From an uncultured Candidatus Saccharibacteria bacterium (lineage in GTDB: Bacteria > Patescibacteriota > Minisyncoccia > Phycocordibacterales > UBA12088), in the NCBI GenBank assembly GCA_964562615.1, contig CAZLUD010000003.1, forward strand, positions 2,885 through 66,884: a stretch of DNA of 64,000 nt. Reading direction: 5' to 3'. Under the pieces are notes generated by a model. The model was not told the DNA's origin. It saw only the letters and a list, made by a program, of their open reading frames with translations, and did no database searches. The position numbers were made by a program, and so were the translations under genes. Position 1 is the first letter of the stretch. The number at the start of each line of letters is the position of its first letter. Positions 58,343 to 64,000 of this stretch are shown here, one piece after another.

Positions 58343-59086
58343 ATGAACCTACGAGCAATAGTTATCTGGGGCATTGCAATCATCGTGCTACTATCTGCAC
58401 TTGGATATCTCTATCTTCAAACAAAGGTGGTACCGCCACTTCCTGAAGGAGTATCTACCGAGGTAGAGGTTAATCCTGAAACCGAGGTAACAGATATACC
58501 AATGAATAAGCTGCCCGAGATGCCTTCGCTTACACGGTCAATAGATGAGTACTCGCCAAGCGATGACATGAGAAAGAGTATTCAAAATACTGTTGCAACC
58601 ATACGAAAGACACCAAATAGTTTTGATGATTGGATACTCCTTGGTATCTATCGAAAGCAAATAGGAGATTATGCAGGAGCGCTTGAGGCGTGGGAATTTG
58701 CATCAAAGATTCGACCTGAGGATGCAATTCCAAAAAACAACATAGGCATGCTCTACTATCTTCATACAAAAGAGTATGCAAAGGCAGAGGAGATATTACT
58801 TGCCACTACAAAAACTCATCCACACTACACCGCAACCTTTCAAAACTTATACGAGCTATATCACTATGCGTATAAGCAGGGGACGGGCGCAGATGAACAA
58901 ATACTCCTTGCTGGTATAAAAGAAAATCCAAAAGGCTTGGAGCTCATTATGTTGCTTGCTAGTTTCTATGATGAGACAGGAAAAACTGCTGATGCAAAAA
59001 AGACCTACACTACCGCACTTGAAATAGCTACAGAACTACAAGATGAAGCACTCATAGCGTACATACAAGAATTACTGAGTAAGTAA
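58343..59086 (+). CDS. TPR-repeat protein with an N-terminal TM anchor
   Basis: The TM is IWGIAIIVLLSALGYLYL. About 4 TPR-like units follow (AGALEAWEFASKIRPEDAIPKNNIGMLYY...). Confidence 0.6.
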   Translation: MNLRAIVIWGIAIIVLLSALGYLYLQTKVVPPLPEGVSTEVEVNPETEVTDIPMNKLPEMPSLTRSIDEYSPSDDMRKSIQNTVATIRKTPNSFDDWILLGIYRKQIGDYAGALEAWEFASKIRPEDAIPKNNIGMLYYLHTKEYAKAEEILLATTKTHPHYTATFQNLYELYHYAYKQGTGADEQILLAGIKENPKGLELIMLLASFYDETGKTADAKKTYTTALEIATELQDEALIAYIQELLSK

Positions 59087-59209
59087 AAAGTGGTATACTC
59101 TTTGTATAAGGGATACTCATGAAAAACCTCTTCAACAAAACCTTCCTACATTTTTTGATTGGATTTTTAACCATTATTGTTCTTACGTTTACTCTTGTCA
59201 TCTATATAG

Positions 59210-59734
59210 GTGACACATCAGGAAAACATGAGAACGCAAACAATAACGCAACTAGCCATGAGTAATGAGCAAGGAGTAAAAAATTTTATCGCATCAGTTC
59301 TCTTTGGATTGATGCTGATGCTCGCGATGTATCTTTTGTACATCGGCCCTGGTATACCCACGGCAATTAGTGAGTTTGAATTTGTGCTACTTGCTCTTGC
59401 GGTATTTAGAGTCGTTAGACTTTTTGCATATGACAAAATAACCGAATGGCTCCGAGACATCTTTTATGATGTAAGAGTACAAGGAGAAGAAGTTATTAGG
59501 ACAAAGCCATCACGGGGTGTGCGTAGGACAATTATAGATTTATTGCTATGCCCATGGTGCCTTGGGGTCTGGGCGTCACTTTTTATTACGTTCTTTTATT
59601 TCTATACTCCATTTGCATGGTTCCCAATAATCATGCTCGCCATTGCCGGAGTCGGCTCACTCTTTGCTATCTTTGCCAATCTCATCGGCTGGTATGCCGA
59701 GGGCAGAAAGAGGGAAGTCGAAGGAAGTCGATAA
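59210..59734 (+). CDS. DUF1360-family membrane protein
   Basis: LLCPWCLGVWASL (the CPWC motif) lies between hydrophobic helices. The start may be at a downstream Met. Confidence 0.55.
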   Translation: MTHQENMRTQTITQLAMSNEQGVKNFIASVLFGLMLMLAMYLLYIGPGIPTAISEFEFVLLALAVFRVVRLFAYDKITEWLRDIFYDVRVQGEEVIRTKPSRGVRRTIIDLLLCPWCLGVWASLFITFFYFYTPFAWFPIIMLAIAGVGSLFAIFANLIGWYAEGRKREVEGSR

Positions 59735-59832
59735 ATTGAGAGCTATATTGACGTATACTTTTTTTAATTGTACCGTTGTCACGGGTAAGGTACTTACCCA
59801 GAACCTTAACATCCACACGAAAGGAAGCTTCG

Positions 59833-61149
59833 ATGAAGACTTGCTTCATCTCTGACTTCCTTGCTGCAAATCCTGGTGGGGCAGCTACCCTCCATGGATG
59901 GCTGCGAAGTCGCAGGCGGCAAGGCAGGATCATTTTTCTCGACGTCGTTGATTCCACGGGCGTAATCCAGGTGGTTGTCGAGAAGTTGTCAGTGAACCAG
60001 GACGAATTCGAACAAGCCTCAAAGGTGGCGCTTGAGTCGGGCGTTATGGTATCTGGCGTACTTCAGAGCCGAAATAGGAAGACAAACGAGATTCACGCGA
60101 GTTCGTTTGTGGTTGTTGGCGAGGCGATGCTTCGTCTTGACCCGCAACCACGATCAGACTTTGATCCCTTCGACGAGCGTCTTACAAGACAGATGCTGGA
60201 ATTTCGCCATATTTACCTTCGTAATCCGAAAGTGATGGCGGTTCTTCAGTTTCGGTCAGAGCTGATGCGTATAGTCCGGGAGTGGTTCTACCAGAATCAT
60301 TTCATGGAATTCGATGCGCCGATCCTCACGCCAACTCCACTTTATGATGGAAAAACCGCCATGACGATCAATGTGCACGGTGAGGATTTATTTCTCTCAC
60401 AGTGCGCTGGCTTCTACCTTGAAGCTGCGGTACACGCATTCGAACGTATCTTCAACATGGGACCTAGCTTCCGCGGTGAAGAGTCGCATAGCAAGCGACA
60501 TCTGATGGAATACTGGCACATAAAGGCAGAAGTTGCCTTCGGTAATCGAGAAGATATCATCGGCTTGGTCGAGGATATTCTCGGTTACATCACTCGAGAA
60601 TGCCGGCAACGTTGCCAAGACATGCTTACAGTTCTCGGTACGAACTTGTGTTTAGACGGGCTAAGATCGCCGTTTCCTCGTATCACCTACGAGGAAGCGG
60701 TTGCCTACCTGAAGGGTATGGGCGTCGATGCCGAATTCGGCAAGGCGCTAAGTACGGCGGACGAGGAAAAGCTCTCCGGGTACTTCAAGAGTCCGTTTTG
60801 GATTGTCGGCATTCCTCGCGCGGTTGAGCCGTTCCCTTATGTGATTGACCCCAACGACACTCGTGTGACAATGGTGGCTGATCTCATCGCGAGCAATGGT
60901 TGTGGTGAATTGCTCGGCGTTGCCGAGAAGATCTATGACCCGTCGATGCTCGATGAACGACTTCGAGAGAAGGGTAAGCTCGGCGAACCGCGCTATCAGT
61001 TCGTTCGTGACGTTCATGCCGCTGGCTGTGTGCCTCACATCGCCTTTGGTATGGGACTCGAGCGGCTGATCCGTTGGTTGCTCAACATCCCACATGTTCG
61101 TGATGCTATCCCGTTCCCACGAGTAGTGCGTCGTCAAGTCTATCCCTGA
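59833..61149 (+). CDS. asnS: asparaginyl-tRNA synthetase (class IIb)
   Basis: N-terminal OB fold. Motif 2 GPSFRGEESHSKRHLMEYWHIKAEVAF follows the AsnRS pattern FRAE.S.T.RHLAEFWM.EPEVAF. Motif 3 is GMGLERLIRWL. AAGGAAG RBS plus the ATG at 59833. GC-rich. Confidence 0.7.
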   Translation: MKTCFISDFLAANPGGAATLHGWLRSRRRQGRIIFLDVVDSTGVIQVVVEKLSVNQDEFEQASKVALESGVMVSGVLQSRNRKTNEIHASSFVVVGEAMLRLDPQPRSDFDPFDERLTRQMLEFRHIYLRNPKVMAVLQFRSELMRIVREWFYQNHFMEFDAPILTPTPLYDGKTAMTINVHGEDLFLSQCAGFYLEAAVHAFERIFNMGPSFRGEESHSKRHLMEYWHIKAEVAFGNREDIIGLVEDILGYITRECRQRCQDMLTVLGTNLCLDGLRSPFPRITYEEAVAYLKGMGVDAEFGKALSTADEEKLSGYFKSPFWIVGIPRAVEPFPYVIDPNDTRVTMVADLIASNGCGELLGVAEKIYDPSMLDERLREKGKLGEPRYQFVRDVHAAGCVPHIAFGMGLERLIRWLLNIPHVRDAIPFPRVVRRQVYP

Positions 61150-61167
61150 TCAACTTGGAGTAGAGAG

Positions 61168-62478
61168 ATGAAGGACAGAACCACGGTACGCGACCTTCGA
61201 GGTCGCGTTGGTCAAACCGTCTCTGTAATGGGTTTTGCGGATACAGTCCGTAACCAGAAGCAGATACAGTTTCTTGTCTTGCGTGATCATACTGGCAAAG
61301 CTCAGATGGTGCACAGCAAGGCCAACGGTCCCGACGGTATTACGGAGACGATCAAATCACTGAGTCTTGAGTCGGCAATCGTTGTGACTGGTATGGTGGT
61401 CGAGGCCCCTAATGTCAAGCTTGGTGGCATCGAGCTTCAGATCCAGTCGATTGAGGTAAGTAGTGTGGCGGAGTCACCACTCCCTATTACTGCCGAATCG
61501 GTACTCGATAAGCAAATGGACTGGCGACAGTTGAGCTTGCGCCAGCCGAAGAATCTGCTCATCTTCCAGATTCAGACCACTATGGAGAATGCCATGCGGT
61601 CGTTCTGGTTGAGAAGGGATTTCATCGAGATTCACTCGCCGAAGCTCATGGGTACGGCAAGCGAATCGGGGGCGGAATTGTTTTCGCTTCCGTACTTCAA
61701 TGACTGGACGGCCTACCTCGCTCAATCGCCGCAATTCTACAAGCAGATGGCGATGGCGGCTGGGTTCGATCGTATCTTTGAAATCGGTCCTGTGTTTCGT
61801 GCGAACCCTTCCATGACATCTCGACACGACACCGAGTTCACCTCGGTTGATATGGAGATCTCGTGGATCGAATCTCACGAAGACATCATGCACTTCGAGG
61901 AAGAGTGGCTGGCCTACGTGCTAGCGAAAGTCGAAGAGAAACATGGTGATGCGATCAAGGAGACCTTCGGAGTCGAATTGATCGTGCCAACCACGCCATT
62001 TCCTCGGATGTCGCTAGCAGATGCTCGCGCCATTCTCGCCAAGAAAGGGCACGTAATCAACCACAAGGAGGATCTTGACCCCCCAGGTGAACGTCTGTTG
62101 AGTGCTCATGTCAGGGAGGAGCTCGGGCACGAGTTCATCTTCGTAACCGACTATCCGGCCGAGGTGCGGGCATTCTATCATATGCGACACCCAGATCGCC
62201 CCGACCTCACCAAGAGCTTCGACCTACTTTGGAAGGGGCTCGAGATCACAACTGGGGCACAACGTGAGCACCGACTTGAGAAGCTGAAGGAACAAGCAAT
62301 CGATCGTGGGTTCGCTCATGGTCCGCTCGAGCACTACTTCAATTTCTTCCGGTATGGATGCCCACCGCACGGCGGCTGTGGCGTTGGTCTGACGCGTCTG
62401 CTGATGATCATATTAGGTCGATCAAATGTGCGGGAGGTGACGTTCCTTTATCGAGGGATGAACCGGCTCACACCGTAA
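61168..62478 (+). CDS. aspS: aspartyl-tRNA synthetase, archaeal/eukaryotic type (class IIb)
   Basis: OB fold. Motif 2 GPVFRANPSMTSRHDTEFTSVDMEISW resembles archaeal AspRS. Motif 3 is GGCGVGLTRLLM. There is no bacterial GAD insertion. GC-rich. Confidence 0.65.
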   Translation: MKDRTTVRDLRGRVGQTVSVMGFADTVRNQKQIQFLVLRDHTGKAQMVHSKANGPDGITETIKSLSLESAIVVTGMVVEAPNVKLGGIELQIQSIEVSSVAESPLPITAESVLDKQMDWRQLSLRQPKNLLIFQIQTTMENAMRSFWLRRDFIEIHSPKLMGTASESGAELFSLPYFNDWTAYLAQSPQFYKQMAMAAGFDRIFEIGPVFRANPSMTSRHDTEFTSVDMEISWIESHEDIMHFEEEWLAYVLAKVEEKHGDAIKETFGVELIVPTTPFPRMSLADARAILAKKGHVINHKEDLDPPGERLLSAHVREELGHEFIFVTDYPAEVRAFYHMRHPDRPDLTKSFDLLWKGLEITTGAQREHRLEKLKEQAIDRGFAHGPLEHYFNFFRYGCPPHGGCGVGLTRLLMIILGRSNVREVTFLYRGMNRLTP

Positions 62479-62488
62479 TCCCAACTTG

Positions 62489-62522
62489 ACTCGGGGCAGC
62501 AATGCCCCGAGTTTTCTTTTTG
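62489..62522 (+). terminator. rho-independent terminator after aspS
   Basis: ACTCGGGGCagcaatGCCCCGAGTtttctttttg. Confidence 0.8.
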
Positions 62523-62548
62523 TATACTCGAGTTATAATGTTCAATAT

Positions 62549-63016
62549 ATGGAACATAAAGAAAATTGTATTTTTTGTAAAATTGTATCTGGAGAGTCTC
62601 CTTGTCATAAAATTTGGGAAGACGAGAAGCACCTAGCTTTTTTGTCTATCTTTCCAAACACAGAGGGTTTTTCTGTTGTTATTACCAAAGATCACAACAG
62701 TAGTTATCTATTTGATCTCTCTGAGGAGGTTGTGAATGGTATCGTGCATGCAGCAAGACAAACTGCGAAGTTGTTGGATGAAAAACTTGAAGATGTTGGT
62801 CGTACCGGCATGATGTTCGAAGGGTTTGGTGTCGATCACATCCACGCAAAACTTTTTCCAATGCATGGCACCGTTGCAGATACTTGGGAAAAGAGATCTT
62901 CAAATGTTGAAAAATACTTTGAACAGTACGAAGGGTACATTTCTTCTCATGACTACAAACGGGAAGATGACGAAAAGCTTGCTAAGCTTGCTAAAAAAAT
63001 ACGTGGTGAGGAATAA
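62549..63016 (+). CDS. HIT-family hydrolase
   Basis: The N-terminus is CIFCKIV. The histidine triad region is VDHIHAKLFP. The ORF-track start at 62486 lies within the aspS terminator. Confidence 0.7.
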   Translation: MEHKENCIFCKIVSGESPCHKIWEDEKHLAFLSIFPNTEGFSVVITKDHNSSYLFDLSEEVVNGIVHAARQTAKLLDEKLEDVGRTGMMFEGFGVDHIHAKLFPMHGTVADTWEKRSSNVEKYFEQYEGYISSHDYKREDDEKLAKLAKKIRGEE

Positions 63017-63055
63017 ATAAAGAAGATGGTCCCGCTCATAGGCGGGACCATCTCG

Positions 63056-64000
63056 TCAGAATCCATACACTGCTTCTGCTGTTTTTCTAAACACCCACTC
63101 TCTCGTGGTGGTCTGTTCATTTTTCGGTAGTTGATCGATGGCAGTTCTGAGCGCGAGCATCGACAACCAGTGTGAATGAACAGCGTTTTCCGCTAAATGA
63201 CCGTATTTACGGAATTCATCTTCATCCACCCAGTGGTAGGGATAGTCACTCACGATGCGCTGACCTTTTTCAGGATGCTCGTATGCAACCGATCGGATGA
63301 GATTCAGTGGTTCGTCAGAGCCGTACAGGATGCGTTTACCACCAAACAAACGCAGTGACATGGCGACCACGTCAGCTGTTGGATTGAGGGCGGTGTCCAT
63401 GAAGACTGTGTCGACCTTGGCAGCTGCTTTGAGTGCATCCTCAAGACCTAGAACTACATGCTTAGAAAGTCCCAAGTGAGCCAAGACTATCCGCAACCGT
63501 GGAAAGTCACGAGTAACCCGTAGAAGATCATCAATACTGTGTACGATCATCCTCGGTAGATGAAGCACTAACGGAATATCAAGAGCTTGTGCCTCCTCGA
63601 GGATCTCTGGTAGGAAGAAGTCATAAATAATCTTGGCAGACGGCTCGACGTATGACCAGTACATCTTGAGTGCTGACACCCGGGGATGCTGAAGCATCTG
63701 ATTGGTATACTCGACGTCTTCCGGAAGTCCAAATATGGCGATCCGGTCTTCAGCAGGACTTTGCTCGAGCAGGTAATCGTTGGCCGACCGATGATCAAGT
63801 CCACGGTAGGTATTCGCAAACCTTAACGAACGCAATCGTTTACCTGGAAAGAACGTTGCTCGCAATCGCTCCGAATCCTCGAGCGGAAAATACGGAAAGG
63901 TGGACAGCATATGCTGACGTGCACGTGGATCGATATCGATGACATGCGCTGCAAGACTGCAGTGAGCGTGAGCATCGATTACGTCGTCAGGTAGCCAGTC
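63056..64000 (-). CDS. amidohydrolase-2 / TIM-barrel metal-dependent hydrolase family protein, N-terminus beyond the window end
   Basis: On the minus strand the frame stays open past the ATG at 63910 and reads ...VIDAHAH..., the N-terminal metal-binding motif. RILYGSDEPL lies near the C-terminus. Confidence 0.6.
   Translation of the reverse strand, partial: DWLPDDVIDAHAHCSLAAHVIDIDPRARQHMLSTFPYFPLEDSERLRATFFPGKRLRSLRFANTYRGLDHRSANDYLLEQSPAEDRIAIFGLPEDVEYTNQMLQHPRVSALKMYWSYVEPSAKIIYDFFLPEILEEAQALDIPLVLHLPRMIVHSIDDLLRVTRDFPRLRIVLAHLGLSKHVVLGLEDALKAAAKVDTVFMDTALNPTADVVAMSLRLFGGKRILYGSDEPLNLIRSVAYEHPEKGQRIVSDYPYHWVDEDEFRKYGHLAENAVHSHWLSMLALRTAIDQLPKNEQTTTREWVFRKTAEAVYGF

Noticed and set aside
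1-64000. CRISPR arrays, transposases, rRNA
   Set aside because: No arrays of three or more regularly spaced direct repeats were seen. The only exact repeats are the two-copy tRNA-associated duplications. No transposase or integrase motifs or rRNA-like conserved stretches were seen.

Overview
The window is a dense, mostly co-directional bacterial housekeeping region. By eye it is about 40-45% GC, with several sharply GC-richer blocks. Four features point to a reduced-genome, CPR/Parcubacteria-like organism: rplK is followed by a terminator rather than rplA; IleRS is the eukaryote/Thermus-like type 2; giant repetitive surface proteins are present; and the tRNA-His gene encodes its G-1 residue. 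I can support two tRNAs: tRNA-Leu(GAG) on the minus strand and tRNA-His(GUG) on the plus strand. Each has a nearby direct repeat of its 3' end. I call about 55 CDS. They include aaRS genes (argS, ileS, glyQS, metG, asnS, archaeal-type aspS), ribosomal and translation genes (rplS, secE-nusG-rplK, rpsF-ssb-rpsR, efp) and recA, recO, ftsK, tatD, glyA, dcd, uppS, mscL. There is also a cobalamin-centred cluster: class II RNR, PduO adenosyltransferase, DUF4430 B12-binding protein and a small membrane protein. The most unusual observations are listed next. (1) A complete histidine-phosphatase (PGM-family) catalytic domain of about 195 aa is inserted inside ileS at the position of the Zn-binding loop. 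(2) A 5-kb GC-rich island carries the prkA-yeaH-spoVR (PrkA/DUF444/SpoVR) stress operon immediately downstream of a FIST sensor, soluble histidine kinase and double-REC response regulator module. (3) A >1710-aa fibre protein at the window start has about 18 GNVGIGTTxP repeats and a C-terminal phage tail-fibre S74 self-cleaving chaperone domain. (4) A 1184-aa, codon-biased, PG-anchored Ser/Thr/Gly/Val-rich surface protein sits behind a roughly 900-bp ORF-free leader; it is a candidate S-layer or sheath protein. (5) A very AT-rich two-gene insert encodes a nucleoside 2-deoxyribosyltransferase-like protein plus a NUDIX hydrolase. (6) A tandem asnS/archaeal-type aspS pair lies in a GC-rich patch. 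No CRISPR array, integrase, transposase or rRNA was found.
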